A stretch of 64,000 nucleotides of DNA from a virus, in the IMG/VR virus record IMGVR_UViG_3300029922_000015, positions 32,001 to 96,000 of that record, one strand, 5' to 3'. Shown one piece after another: positions 10,206 to 20,600 of the stretch. Position 1 is the first letter of the stretch; each line of letters begins with the position of its first letter. A program made the translations under genes and the position numbers. The notes under the pieces were generated by a model. The model had not been told where the DNA came from, did no database searches, and saw only the letters and a program-made list of their open reading frames with translations.

Positions 10206-10625
10206 TTACACTAGATCGATATCGAATTTCTCCTTGAAAAATTTTCTGGTTAAAGGTAGGTCATTTGGGAAGATTTCTACGAATTTAAACTCATTACGCT
10301 CGCACCATTCTTCCTTTGCTAAATCGCGTTTCATTTGACTTACCCAAGCATATCTATTTCCTCCGTGAAAATGTTCTGAATAACTATTATGTTGATTTCC
10401 CGAAGCTTCTACGACTATTTTTTTATTAAAATTGATAAGATCGATCCGTAATAACGACTGAGGAATTCTGAATTCTTCACAGACGATATCTTTATTCCAG
10501 TAAGGCTCTATAAATTTTTTTACTTCTTGTTGAAATTTGGAAGGGGATTTACCCGACCATTCTACAATATAAGGTTGGATTTTAACCCACATTAACTTAT
10601 CCGATTTGAATCCTTTTAATTTCAT
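10206..10625 (-). CDS. Vsr/DUF559-like PD-(D/E)XK endonuclease
   Basis: RIDL...VVEASGNQH...RDLAKEEWC. Confidence 0.7.
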   Translation of the reverse strand: MKLKGFKSDKLMWVKIQPYIVEWSGKSPSKFQQEVKKFIEPYWNKDIVCEEFRIPQSLLRIDLINFNKKIVVEASGNQHNSYSEHFHGGNRYAWVSQMKRDLAKEEWCERNEFKFVEIFPNDLPLTRKFFKEKFDIDLV

Positions 10626-11170
10626 ATGATAGGATTTTTCTTACAAATTAAATAGCATAATCTTATAAAATCTTTTTGACTTAAATCTTGTTTCATATAA
10701 TTTACATCTTTATGAACCCATTGAACGTTACTTAAAATATATCCTTTTGAAGAATCAATACGATCTAAAGAAGCCGTCCCATCATAAGTATCAATCCTAC
10801 TTCTAAAATTAAGTTCAATTCCTGTTAAAGCACATCTTCTCTCTTGTTTAAGAAATAAATCCCATAAATCTTTAATTTTTAATGAAAATTTTATATTTCT
10901 TCGTTTAGCATTATCATAATACGAATTATAAAAGGATTTACTAATTTCTTCGTGCCCTCTCCAGCAAGGATTATTTTTACCTATTTTAATAGCACAAAGA
11001 GAACACTCTTTGCTCTCTCCTCTCCTTAGAAGACTACCGGACACTGTATGGAAATTTCCGCAATCGCATTTACATTTATATATTAAATGGTAATCTTTTG
11101 CCTTACCTTTCAAACTTAAAACTGTTAATTTATTAAATTTTTTTCCTATCATTGAAATGCGTTTGCTCAT
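10622..11170 (-). CDS. His-Me finger (HNH-like) homing endonuclease
   Basis: CKCDCG, CALTG and SLDRIDSSKGY..NVQWVH..N motifs; paralogue of 48858-49424; start set by GTGTAA-N8-ATG. Confidence 0.8.
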   Translation of the reverse strand: MSKRISMIGKKFNKLTVLSLKGKAKDYHLIYKCKCDCGNFHTVSGSLLRRGESKECSLCAIKIGKNNPCWRGHEEISKSFYNSYYDNAKRRNIKFSLKIKDLWDLFLKQERRCALTGIELNFRSRIDTYDGTASLDRIDSSKGYILSNVQWVHKDVNYMKQDLSQKDFIRLCYLICKKNPII

Positions 11171-11223
11171 AATTAACATTACACATATTGGAAACGATAA
11201 ATTTAAATTTTTTATTTTCTTCT

Positions 11224-12399
11224 TTAAGTTTTGTCGGGTACATTGTCGAATTCAACCACAGGGCTTTCTGCCGCTAGGAACGAGCAAGCGAGATTATAAA
11301 GATAAGTGGTTACGGGTTCATTATTTTCTAAATAATCCTGCACGTTCTTTATCCCTTGAAACTTATCAGGAGTTTCGGGCTGAATTTTTCTCATTTCCGC
11401 AAGCATACTATCTTCAAAATTAAACCAAGCGCCCGATTTAATTAAAAGCTCTTTAGCCAACATGAAGTCGCAAACTTCTAACTCCCTCCAAATAGAAGAA
11501 CCATTCTTTCGTCCGTGTTTAATTGGATAAGTAAGTCTCAAGCCCTTCGTTTCGTTAGAAGATTTCTTGATTTCTACCTTGCATTGATGGCCTAGAATTT
11601 TGTTTTGAATTCTATCGGGCTTCTTTTTCGGGTCTTCAAGGATCAAATCGCCGGGAAATTGAGGAGCATAATCAATAATGTAATCCGACCAGTGTAATAG
11701 GGCGTTTCCCCCTGTAGCAGAAATCGTTCGTGGAACTCCCGCCGCATAAGGATCAATTTTAACGTCTGCCGAAACTTGCGAAATAAAGATTGTTAAGTGA
11801 CCAAATTTAAACAGAGGCAAAGCGGATTGCTGTAAGAACTTCTTAGAAACAACTTGCGGGCCAGCCACCTTGTTACTTTCTTCTAAGTTCTTAAGTTTAT
11901 CTTGTTTAAGAATAACACCATCCACAGAATCTAAAATAAAGCAATATCTGATATGCTCGGGATTATTCTCGATCTGGCCCTGAATCAGTCCAAGAATATT
12001 TTCGTAAATATTACTTTCGTGAATGTAACAAGTACCATTTACCCAATCTTCGGTTGAGCCGGAAACAAAGGTTAAGCCAGAACGTTCGATTGTATCCTGA
12101 GATAATCTTCCTTCTGCCTTAATGTAAATCGCGCGAGAATTAGGAACAGTCTTTAAGAAATTGCGACAGATTTCGAAAGCTTCGGGAGTTTTTCCCGCTT
12201 GATTAAAACCAACCAAACGAATTAAACCGGGGCCGAAGCCTCCATTCAAAACCGAATCTAAGGTAAGAGAACCGCTTGAAACCTTATAGCTTACAGTCTC
12301 TTCGAAGTTATAATGTTCTGCTTTAGTTTCGTTTAGATAGGCTTGCAATCTGTCTTGCGGGGATACGCCTTTTTCTTTTTCAACTTCTTTTTTCGCCAT
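11224..12399 (-). CDS. recA: RecA/UvsX-like recombinase
   Basis: SSGSLTLD..LNGG, GFNQAGKT, ILDSV, TGGNAL and SGAWF motifs. Confidence 0.9.
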   Translation of the reverse strand: MAKKEVEKEKGVSPQDRLQAYLNETKAEHYNFEETVSYKVSSGSLTLDSVLNGGFGPGLIRLVGFNQAGKTPEAFEICRNFLKTVPNSRAIYIKAEGRLSQDTIERSGLTFVSGSTEDWVNGTCYIHESNIYENILGLIQGQIENNPEHIRYCFILDSVDGVILKQDKLKNLEESNKVAGPQVVSKKFLQQSALPLFKFGHLTIFISQVSADVKIDPYAAGVPRTISATGGNALLHWSDYIIDYAPQFPGDLILEDPKKKPDRIQNKILGHQCKVEIKKSSNETKGLRLTYPIKHGRKNGSSIWRELEVCDFMLAKELLIKSGAWFNFEDSMLAEMRKIQPETPDKFQGIKNVQDYLENNEPVTTYLYNLACSFLAAESPVVEFDNVPDKT

Positions 12400-12769
12400 A
12401 ATTTTCTTTCAAAAAATCGATAAGTGATTTGGGTTTTTGGGGTACGGTAACTGAAGCTACGGGTTCCAGTTCTAGATTATATGTTTTTTGCGTTTCTTTC
12501 TCTAATAAAAATCGCGTATGCTGTTCTTTTATATATTCTTTTCCCTTGACACCCGTATAAGCGTACATTGGATAGGGCTTCGGCCACGGAACAAAGTAAT
12601 CTCTCCAAAATTCAATTTCAGGATAAAGCTTCCAAAGTCGATTGAAAGCTAACATGTAGTTTCCCCATTCTTTGCCTTGCGGAACTCCAGAGCATCTTTC
12701 AATCACGAATCGAGCAACTTTTAGTTTCTCAGGATTCTTCTCTTTTTTTGTACTCTTGGCAATTCTCAC
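12380..12769 (-). CDS. Hypothetical protein
   Basis: ORF. Confidence 0.6.
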   Translation of the reverse strand: MRIAKSTKKEKNPEKLKVARFVIERCSGVPQGKEWGNYMLAFNRLWKLYPEIEFWRDYFVPWPKPYPMYAYTGVKGKEYIKEQHTRFLLEKETQKTYNLELEPVASVTVPQKPKSLIDFLKENYGEKRS

Positions 12770-12941
12770 AAATTTGAAAATCGGTAAAAGGGAAAATATC
12801 TAACTTCTCGCAGTAATACGAGGTATAATTCTTAGGCGGGCAATCCCCGCAATGACTACGATCAATCTGACGCACGACGAAATGCTTAGAACGAAAACGG
12901 CAAGTATTATACTTTTCTTTTGCGAGTTTGATGTTTGCCAT
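12729..12941 (-). CDS. Small Cys-rich (zinc-binding) hypothetical protein
   Basis: CxxC motifs. Confidence 0.55.
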   Translation of the reverse strand: MANIKLAKEKYNTCRFRSKHFVVRQIDRSHCGDCPPKNYTSYYCEKLDIFPFTDFQICENCQEYKKREES

Positions 12942-13089
12942 GTTCTATTTTAGCGTCTAGCCATGCATTCGACCAAGCCTCCCAAAGACGATAGTTCTGT
13001 TTCTTGGAATAAGGATTACGATCTAAAGAAAAACCGTTACCATAGGAAGCTTAACCTTCTTCTCTGGCGATAGCAATCGAATTATCCAT
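12907..13089 (-). pseudogene. Rmf-like (ribosome modulation factor fold) gene with an internal TAA
   Basis: MDNSIAIAREEG*ASYGNGFSLDRNPYSKKQNYRLWEAWSNAWLDAK...; stop at 13051-13053. Confidence 0.55.
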
Positions 13090-13093
13090 AACT

Positions 13094-14179
13094 TTAGATA
13101 GTTGTGTCATTTAAATCGTGCTTGACCATGCGTTGAACTAGTTGTTCAAAGGATATTTTAGGTTTCCAGCCTAACTCGTTTCTAATTGGAGTAGAATCTC
13201 CTTGTAATATACCAATTTCCGCTGGACGATAAAATTTAGGATTAATAGTAACTAAAGGGCGCGCAAATTCTTCGTCTGTCAGATATACTTCTCCTTTTCG
13301 TAAAGAAATCTGATACCAATGACCTTTAATTTTTGCTGCTTGAAAGGACTTTTCAATAAACTCTCGAACGGTATGAGCCTCGTTACTAGAAAGAACATAT
13401 TCTTTTAAAGATTGAATTAATTGTTCTGGAAGCCATTTATCTTCTCTATATTTTTCTTGATTCAGCATCTTCCAGATTCCATCGCAAAAATCTAAAGCAT
13501 GGCTCCAATCTCTTTTAACATCAATATTTCCTAATTCAATAGGATCAAATTTTTCTCCCTTTTCGATAGCGCGATAAATGCGAGCAACCCCTTTAGTTAT
13601 TTTTCGGGTTACAAACATCTCCCCCCGTCTTTCGGATTCATGATTATATAGTCTGCCGTGAATAGCATACATATTATAAGATTCTCGATAAACTTTAACA
13701 AGGTGCTTCGCTGCTGCTTTGGACGCCCCATAAGGACTACGAGGTTTTAAGGGATGGTTTATGCCTTGGGGACAATAATCTACATCACCTACCTCTTCTG
13801 AGGTTCCCGCTGAATAAAATCTACATTGAGGCGCATATTTGCGAATAGATTCTAAACAATATAGCACACCAAGAGAATTAATTTCGAATGTATTTACTGG
13901 ACTATTCCATGATTCGGCTACAAAGGATTGAGCGGCAAAATTAATAAAAAAATCTGGCTGAATGCGTTGAACTATTTCATTTAGAGATACAATATCTGTC
14001 ATATCCGCTTTGACAATCTCGAATCTAGGATCAGAAATATGTTTTATATTAGTTAAATTGGGGCGACTAATATGGCGAACTATACCATAAATTTTATAAT
14101 CAGTACGCTCTAATAGGTAATCAACCATATAACTTCCATCTTGGCCGGTAACTCCAGTGATTATAACTTTTTTGCTCAT
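13094..14179 (-). CDS. gmd: GDP-mannose 4,6-dehydratase
   Basis: ITGVTGQDGSY, AAQSFV, PRSPYGASK, NHESERRG, FVTRKIT and RDW motifs. Confidence 0.95.
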   Translation of the reverse strand: MSKKVIITGVTGQDGSYMVDYLLERTDYKIYGIVRHISRPNLTNIKHISDPRFEIVKADMTDIVSLNEIVQRIQPDFFINFAAQSFVAESWNSPVNTFEINSLGVLYCLESIRKYAPQCRFYSAGTSEEVGDVDYCPQGINHPLKPRSPYGASKAAAKHLVKVYRESYNMYAIHGRLYNHESERRGEMFVTRKITKGVARIYRAIEKGEKFDPIELGNIDVKRDWSHALDFCDGIWKMLNQEKYREDKWLPEQLIQSLKEYVLSSNEAHTVREFIEKSFQAAKIKGHWYQISLRKGEVYLTDEEFARPLVTINPKFYRPAEIGILQGDSTPIRNELGWKPKISFEQLVQRMVKHDLNDTTI

Positions 14180-14180
14180 G

Positions 14181-14975
14181 CTATTTTAAAAGTAAGTGTT
14201 TGTACTTTTCCTGATTATTTACGATATTGTAAGGTAATAGGTTGATATCAATTTTCTCTAGGCGAACCGACATATCATAAGGATTATCACTATGAACAAA
14301 ATATCCACCGTCTTTCGCATGGGCATCGTAAACTCTCTTTAATTCGTCAAAATCTAATTTTTTATTAAAGGGCTCTACACAAGATATTAGTTTGCTTTTA
14401 AAACCCTCGAAATTATTCAACCAACCAAAGTGCCAGCCACCTTCTATATGATCAAAATGATCCTTTTGATTTCTAAATGCTTGCGGAGATTGAGAGCGGG
14501 CATCGTGGACATTGGTTAGAACCGTTCCGTGCCATTTTTTATGGAGGCACGCTAAATTTAAATAATAAGCAAAATAAATATGAGTAAAGGATACTGTTTT
14601 TAAGCTAATAGAGGACATTAAAAGCTGAGAGCATAATGAAGGCTTGCAAGGTATTTCGTCTAAATCGCTAATCATTACCAAATCATCTCCTCGGAAGCTT
14701 TGAAGCCCGCGAGATATACAATTTCTTTGATAATGTTCCATCGACCAGACATCGCCTGAATCGGGATAATCTTCTACCTTGACATGAATAATTTTCTTAG
14801 CATATTTCTCAAATCGGGCTTTATTCTCCTCGTAATAGAAAGGCTTATCTCTTAAAGTTTGGGTCTTGCCAGCTTCTACGAGGATAAAATGATCAACAAT
14901 ATCGTATAGATACTCTAAGCGGATTTCGAGTAAATCTAATTCATTAAAAAATGGGAAGGCGTCAATTAGTTTCAT
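14181..14975 (-). CDS. GT17-like glycosyltransferase
   Basis: DAFPFFNELDLLEIRL, E.YQRN, SDLDEIP and GGWHF motifs. Confidence 0.85.
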   Translation of the reverse strand: MKLIDAFPFFNELDLLEIRLEYLYDIVDHFILVEAGKTQTLRDKPFYYEENKARFEKYAKKIIHVKVEDYPDSGDVWSMEHYQRNCISRGLQSFRGDDLVMISDLDEIPCKPSLCSQLLMSSISLKTVSFTHIYFAYYLNLACLHKKWHGTVLTNVHDARSQSPQAFRNQKDHFDHIEGGWHFGWLNNFEGFKSKLISCVEPFNKKLDFDELKRVYDAHAKDGGYFVHSDNPYDMSVRLEKIDINLLPYNIVNNQEKYKHLLLK

Positions 14976-15279
14976 CGGGACTTTCTTCTACTTCGGAATT
15001 AGGATTGGCGTCGTTTACAATAGCTACAAATCGGACATCGCCATCCGTCCATCTAGAAAAACAAAAAGCGGTATAAGCAACCATCATTAAAAACTTATCT
15101 TTATCGACAAAGTTATGAAAGCACATAGGCTTGCCATTGACCGCCGCCGAAGCATACATGGGAATCTCATATTGGGCGCTGAGTTTATAAAGTTCGTTGA
15201 GCTTTTCCATCACCATCGCTTCCCCGTCCGGCAATTGTTCTGTTTCTAGTATGGTGCCGTTAGTTAGTTCAATCTTCAT
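14962..15279 (-). CDS. Hypothetical protein
   Basis: ORF. Confidence 0.55.
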   Translation of the reverse strand: MKIELTNGTILETEQLPDGEAMVMEKLNELYKLSAQYEIPMYASAAVNGKPMCFHNFVDKDKFLMMVAYTAFCFSRWTDGDVRFVAIVNDANPNSEVEESPDETN

Positions 15280-15420
15280 CTTTTTTTATTTCGATATATT
15301 TTTCCAAATGTCTATCTAAATCTTGTTGGGTCTTAGCATCAAGGAAAAGTTTACTCGGGCCATATTTCGGTTGTTCTTCTTCCCATTCGGGAAATAATAA
15401 AAACTGTTCCGCTATATGCT

Positions 15421-16404
15421 TCATATTAAAACGCTTTTTGCCGTATCAACCGTATAGTTTCTTACCACCGCTTCGTTTTCAAAATTTCTAATTGAAGGGA
15501 CAACTCCCAATAGTGGGTTATCACGCAGTCGCGTAGCCAGACCGGCAACGTAATTAAAATCATAATTTACCGGAATACAATCTTCTGGAGTGGGGAGCCA
15601 TCTTAATTTATGGGCATTGCTAATTTTATGAGGTTCGGCGCACCATTCGGCAAAAATAATTCTTGGAATCCCTAGAGCGTGCGCGAAGTATTTAAGCCCC
15701 GAGTCCAAACCAATAAAAAGAGAAGAATCTCTAATTAATCCTACTACATTTTCGATACTTCCTATAAAAATCTCGACATTCTCCATGCCTTCAAACTCTT
15801 TAAGTCGAGGGTATGTTACTTCTGTTGCTATTAGAACGCATTTGATATTAACCGAAAGTTTCTTTATAAGCCCTCGAATATACCAGTCATCGCTGATATT
15901 TTTATTATCTTTAATTCTGTCTGGAATCAAATTTAAAACAGCATATTTCATTCCCCAAAACTTTTCTTTAATTAGAAGAAACTTCGGGCTAACTTCATTT
16001 AATGCGTCGTCGGGAAGGGGGAATTCGTAAAAATATTTAAAGAAATTAAAGGGATATTTGGCCCATTGCATACCGTCAATCCACATATCGTAGAATCGAT
16101 CGTAGCTCTTCATTCTATCTAAATACTCATCGGGGGTGTTCTCTAGGGCTCCAAGCGTTGTCTCGCCTTTAGCAAACTGAGAATCCGTTACAAAGGGATT
16201 GTATTTTTTGCCGGGGATTGTAATAATATCATTATAGAAATAACCATAAAATGTCCTTAGCCATTTCTCCTGCATTTTATTTCCGTTAGTGTCTAAGAAG
16301 ACATCTATCTTGGCATCGGGAAATCTATCGTAAATGGCAGGAACGAAACGATTGGCGCAAAGACAATCTCCCGCGCCGCCTTCATATCTCAAAGCTATTC
16401 TCAT
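15421..16404 (-). CDS. GT9 (heptosyltransferase-like) glycosyltransferase
   Basis: GGAGD start; FIGLDSGLKYFAHALGIP. Confidence 0.8.
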   Translation of the reverse strand: MRIALRYEGGAGDCLCANRFVPAIYDRFPDAKIDVFLDTNGNKMQEKWLRTFYGYFYNDIITIPGKKYNPFVTDSQFAKGETTLGALENTPDEYLDRMKSYDRFYDMWIDGMQWAKYPFNFFKYFYEFPLPDDALNEVSPKFLLIKEKFWGMKYAVLNLIPDRIKDNKNISDDWYIRGLIKKLSVNIKCVLIATEVTYPRLKEFEGMENVEIFIGSIENVVGLIRDSSLFIGLDSGLKYFAHALGIPRIIFAEWCAEPHKISNAHKLRWLPTPEDCIPVNYDFNYVAGLATRLRDNPLLGVVPSIRNFENEAVVRNYTVDTAKSVLI

Positions 16405-16465
16405 TAACTAATTGTATAGAATATAGTCGTTTGTTTCTACTTTTTTAAATCAAAGTAGTTTATTT

Positions 16466-16870
16466 TTAATCTTGACTTGGCTTTATCTTGGAAAATACAC
16501 TATCGCTATCTAATAAAAACGAAACCGCCAGACCGGAATTCTCCATAACGCTCACTGCTTTGTCATCCCACAGTTCATCAAATTCCCTTAATTTTTGATT
16601 AGTAACTTCCAATCTGGGTAAACCGTAAGACTCGCACCAATCCTGAATGGCGCTGGCAACCTTCGCCGTATCATAATCGATAATTTCGGAATGCTGGCTT
16701 AAACGCGCGGTAAAAATAATAACCCTATCTCCGTTATCGATCCATTGCTTGACGCGAAAATACATCGCAGGAATCGGAGGGCCAAATGGGCCATAAGGTC
16801 TGAAATCTTTCGATCCTTCATATTGGGAAAGAGTCCTATCGAAGTCAGTGGCGATTGTTTTCATTAACAA
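16466..16870 (-). CDS. HAD-family phosphatase (polynucleotide 3'-phosphatase-like)
   Basis: DFDRTL, FTAR, K and WDD motifs. Confidence 0.75.
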   Translation of the reverse strand: MLMKTIATDFDRTLSQYEGSKDFRPYGPFGPPIPAMYFRVKQWIDNGDRVIIFTARLSQHSEIIDYDTAKVASAIQDWCESYGLPRLEVTNQKLREFDELWDDKAVSVMENSGLAVSFLLDSDSVFSKIKPSQD

Positions 16871-17277
16871 CCGCCTTTTCTATTGAATTCTGTATGATCG
16901 ACTCTTCCTTGCGGACAATTAAATCCCCAATCACTTGTTTTTGGCCCTGTCATAAAAAGAGTAACGGCGGGGCGCTCTTGATTTGGGCTGTCTTCGTCAT
17001 CGGAAGGATAACGTGATAACTCAACTCTGTGGAAATAATTTTCATTGCCTCCTCCGAAATAACCCGGTTTGCGCCAGAATCTTCCTTCTTTAGTATGTTC
17101 CCAATAGCCGCCCCATAGAATAAGCGTTTTAAATCGCCAAGGATGACAGTGGTTTGCACGGTCATCGTCGGATCGTAAAAAGACATGAAGCTTAACTGAC
17201 CATCCGAAAATAGTAAATAAACTCCATCTAAGTAAATAAGGAGAATGGTCTGGAGATTCTATGATTTTCAGTTTCAT
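16864..17277 (-). CDS. Cupin-fold phage protein
   Basis: SDDDRANHCHPW, GGYWE, FHRVEL and TLFMTGP..WGF motifs. Confidence 0.65.
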   Translation of the reverse strand: MKLKIIESPDHSPYLLRWSLFTIFGWSVKLHVFLRSDDDRANHCHPWRFKTLILWGGYWEHTKEGRFWRKPGYFGGGNENYFHRVELSRYPSDDEDSPNQERPAVTLFMTGPKTSDWGFNCPQGRVDHTEFNRKGGC

Positions 17278-18233
17278 ATTTTTATTTCAAAAAGCCCGTT
17301 ACCTATCAAATCCGTTAGACTAGAATAGCCAGAATAGGAAACGCCACTTGCAATCCCCGACCACAATTCTTGTACGATGTCTCGCAATGGCTTTATTTCG
17401 CCTTCTACGGCGCTTTCTCGGCCCTCGGCGTGTCCGAGAACCTTACCGAGCAACTCGGCTTGTTTTCGGCTCGCCCCGCCCCAAATCATCTTATGACCCT
17501 GAACTTGACATTCAGCCTCTTCGGCGTTAGCAAAAAAACTGCCTAACATTATCATCTCACTCCCCGCCGCAAAAGCTTTCACGGCATCTCCCGAATTTTT
17601 AATTCCCCCGTCGGCGCAAATTATTCCTTGCTTAAGCATCGTATCGCGAACATCGGAAATTTCTGTAATTTGTCCCCTATTAAATCCCGTTTTATGTTTT
17701 GTTAGACATTGTGCTCCGTTACCGATTCCCACGCGGACGATAACTTCATTCTCCTTTAAATACTTTTTTAAATCTGTCAATAGCAAATATCCTTCTTTGG
17801 TATGAACATTTCCAACTATTAATCTTTCTAAATAGCCGTATTTTGAAATTAAATGAACCGTGCTCGCTATGTCTTCTAACATATATCCCGAGGCGATATC
17901 GATAATAAAATTTTTACCTCCAAATTTTGTGATAGCTTTGATTCTCTCTATATCTGACAAACCAATCGCGAAAAATATTCTGTCAAAATATTCGTTAGGA
18001 ATTTCTGAAACAGATTTTATTTGATCTTCGATTGATTGGAAACGATGTACACAAACATTTAATCCTAAACGAGAGGCTTCTTCAATAAATTTCTTGCCGA
18101 CAATAGAAGCCATCGGACTAACGATGATACGATTTGTTTCGACGGGAACATCCTTTCTACTTTTGACAACGCATGGACGCGCGAGCAAATTAACGTCATC
18201 ATAATAGATAGATTTACTGTTTAAAATAGTCAT
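17274..18233 (-). CDS. GMP reductase / IMPDH-family enzyme
   Basis: YDDV, DIASG, GNV, VGIGNGAQC, ADGGI...GD..KA and MLGS motifs; no CBS domains. Confidence 0.85.
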   Translation of the reverse strand: MTILNSKSIYYDDVNLLARPCVVKSRKDVPVETNRIIVSPMASIVGKKFIEEASRLGLNVCVHRFQSIEDQIKSVSEIPNEYFDRIFFAIGLSDIERIKAITKFGGKNFIIDIASGYMLEDIASTVHLISKYGYLERLIVGNVHTKEGYLLLTDLKKYLKENEVIVRVGIGNGAQCLTKHKTGFNRGQITEISDVRDTMLKQGIICADGGIKNSGDAVKAFAAGSEMIMLGSFFANAEEAECQVQGHKMIWGGASRKQAELLGKVLGHAEGRESAVEGEIKPLRDIVQELWSGIASGVSYSGYSSLTDLIGNGLFEIKI

Positions 18234-18236
18234 AAA

Positions 18237-18788
18237 TTAAGCGAAGGAAGAATTTGCGGTCTGAGAAATTATTTGAACAACTTCGGGCCAATTTCTAGCT
18301 CTAACCCCCAAGCGGGTATGTCTATTCCAAGGTCTATCAAGCAAAATGCAAATCCCTTCTACATTATCGAAATTTTTCTCGTAATCGTCTACTAAAAAGT
18401 TACAGTCTTTCAAATAATTACTCTTGACGTCGCCATGTTTGACGAATTGGATTTCAAAATCGATATCGGGGAAATACTTCTTAAGCCAAATTCGCTTGGC
18501 CGGATCAAACGAGTCCTTGGCAATATTCGAGACAATTTTTAGATTATTCGTCAATCCCTTCAAACGATAAACACCCTCGATTGCTCCGTCTTCTGGAGGG
18601 GCGGTATCGTAAATATCCGCTGTGTAGACGCTTAGGACTTCTTCTGTAGAAATTCCCAAGCACTTATCAATCCTATATTCGGTGATATCGTTAGGAGTAA
18701 AATTTATTCCTAATTTATAGCTCAACCTTTTACACCGTTCGGTATGAGGGTCACAAAGAATTCCGTCAAAATCTAATGCTATTTTCAT
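18237..18788 (-). CDS. 5'(3')-deoxyribonucleotidase (HAD)
   Basis: IALDFDG, LVDD and PWN motifs; start taken at MKIAL. Confidence 0.8.
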   Translation of the reverse strand: MKIALDFDGILCDPHTERCKRLSYKLGINFTPNDITEYRIDKCLGISTEEVLSVYTADIYDTAPPEDGAIEGVYRLKGLTNNLKIVSNIAKDSFDPAKRIWLKKYFPDIDFEIQFVKHGDVKSNYLKDCNFLVDDYEKNFDNVEGICILLDRPWNRHTRLGVRARNWPEVVQIISQTANSSFA

Positions 18789-19036
18789 TCGATTGTAAAA
18801 AGCCCTTCTAAAGTATGTAAATTTTCGTCTTTTAGGTATATCGTAAACCAATGTTTATTCTCGGCATTATAATCTTCGGCGATAATTGCAAAAATAGATT
18901 CGTCTTCTTTATCAAAATGATAAAGAGCGGCTGTTACAGAATACAATTTATCGGGAAACGATTTCGCAAACGTCGTCCACTGCTTAATTCGTACTTTTTT
19001 GTGAAGCCATTTAGCTTCGAATTCTTCTTGATTCAT
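18785..19036 (-). CDS. Hypothetical protein
   Basis: ORF. Confidence 0.55.
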   Translation of the reverse strand: MNQEEFEAKWLHKKVRIKQWTTFAKSFPDKLYSVTAALYHFDKEDESIFAIIAEDYNAENKHWFTIYLKDENLHTLEGLFTIE

Positions 19037-19114
19037 TTTAATAATGCTTTCTTATATTTATCGGGAAAAAGAATGGCTTTGGTCATATAAATTTTTATGA
19101 TTTTTATTATGAAA

Positions 19115-19366
19115 TCACTCGTCATCTTCTCCTTCGTCGTTCCATTCGAACTCGAACATGTTACTTGCATTTTCGAAATCCAAATGATCTAATCCATATT
19201 GATACAAAAGAGGCAAACTCACCGCTAACATACAGGATAGCAAAAGACCAAGAACATTCTGATAAGCTAACAAACTAATTGAAAATCCGGCGGACGCGCC
19301 AATACACAAAACCATCCAGCAAAAATAAGCCACTCGCGTAAATACAAAAAACAGCCATTCCTTCAT
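19115..19366 (-). CDS. Small two-TM membrane protein
   Basis: Two hydrophobic segments; start taken at MKEWLFF. Confidence 0.5.
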   Translation of the reverse strand: MKEWLFFVFTRVAYFCWMVLCIGASAGFSISLLAYQNVLGLLLSCMLAVSLPLLYQYGLDHLDFENASNMFEFEWNDEGEDDE

Positions 19367-19677
19367 TCTTTTTTGTCTGGTAAAAATTCTTGAAATCCGA
19401 CCAGCTTGCAACGCCCAAACTCGTCGGGCTCGCTGAATTGAGCGGCAACGCGCGTTCCTAAAACATCGGATAAAGCACAATTAATCAATCCTAAAGCTCC
19501 AGCGTTATGTCCATACATTCCTGTATCGACGGTAAATGTCGAATGATCGGCTAAAGCTTCGTTGCACGGCACTCGGTTGCAAATCAAGGCGTGAAGCGCG
19601 GCGGGGTCTGCTTTAAAAGCTGTATTCAAACGTTCTAAAACAACGTGAAGAAGGGTTCCTTTTGCAAGCGGGTTCAT
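19363..19677 (-). CDS. Hypothetical protein
   Basis: ORF. Confidence 0.55.
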   Translation of the reverse strand: MNPLAKGTLLHVVLERLNTAFKADPAALHALICNRVPCNEALADHSTFTVDTGMYGHNAGALGLINCALSDVLGTRVAAQFSEPDEFGRCKLVGFQEFLPDKKE

Positions 19678-19853
19678 ATTATTCTATTTCTAAGGTTTGG
19701 ATAAACCGGGACTCTTCGCAGTTATCTTCGTTTTCCTTTTCCCATTCTGCCAAAGCTTCTTCCGCTTTAGTTAAATCAAAAAAGGTTTCAACTACTCCCG
19801 GCTCTTCGTATTCTTCGCGGAAATGTTGGATTATAGCGTATGCTTTCATAGAT

Positions 19854-20600
19854 TTATTCTATCAATTTCCATTTGTACTTTTCGTAAGCTTCCATCGTCC
19901 AAGGAAAAAGTTCAATTAAAATAGCCTTAACAGCTTTTCCATATTCTTGAATTTCCGCTTGGGCGTGAGCGTCTTCTCGTAGGGTAATAAAATGGAGCAA
20001 ATTCTTCAAATCCCAACAAGCATAAATCTCAGTATAGACGTTGACCGGAAGAACCATACGGGCCATTTCTCTCGCCACCCCGCTTTCTATTAAACTTTGA
20101 TACAAATTGTAAGATAATTTACAATGTTGTCTTACAGCGTTAGTAGCATTATGTTCCTGCCATTCGCCCGAGCCATCTAAAATACTATCGGGATACATTA
20201 CGCAAGGCTTAAAATTATCCTCTTCGGTACTGCCCTGCTTGTTTTTTACGTCTTGACGACGCCATTTTTCAGGAATATAAAATTCATTAGGAAGTTCCGT
20301 ATAACGAGCGGAAACTTCATTAAGATTTTGCATACGATGACGCACATATTGACGCATGACAAAGATAGGCATCTTGATATTTAGCGTGACCTTAACCATT
20401 TCAAACGGAGAAGTATGCTTATTTCTATAAAGATAGGCAATTAATTTTTTATCTTGATCTGGCCCTTTCGAAGGAGATTTATAAGAAATACGAGCGGCTT
20501 CTACTATTCGTTCATCAGTTCCCATACGATCGATGTAACGGACGAAGCCTTGGTCTAAAACAGGTATAGTAAATCCTTTATCCATAATTTTATCTTCCAC
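19854..20600 (-). CDS. thyX: FAD-dependent thymidylate synthase
   Basis: AARISY, HTSPFE, RHRMQNLNEVSARY and AQAEIQ motifs. Confidence 0.95.
   Translation of the reverse strand: MEDKIMDKGFTIPVLDQGFVRYIDRMGTDERIVEAARISYKSPSKGPDQDKKLIAYLYRNKHTSPFEMVKVTLNIKMPIFVMRQYVRHRMQNLNEVSARYTELPNEFYIPEKWRRQDVKNKQGSTEEDNFKPCVMYPDSILDGSGEWQEHNATNAVRQHCKLSYNLYQSLIESGVAREMARMVLPVNVYTEIYACWDLKNLLHFITLREDAHAQAEIQEYGKAVKAILIELFPWTMEAYEKYKWKLIE

Noticed and set aside
12907-13089. Stop-codon reassignment
   Set aside because: There is a single in-frame TAA; other genes are intact under code 11, TAA is the common terminator, and no suppressor-anticodon tRNA was found
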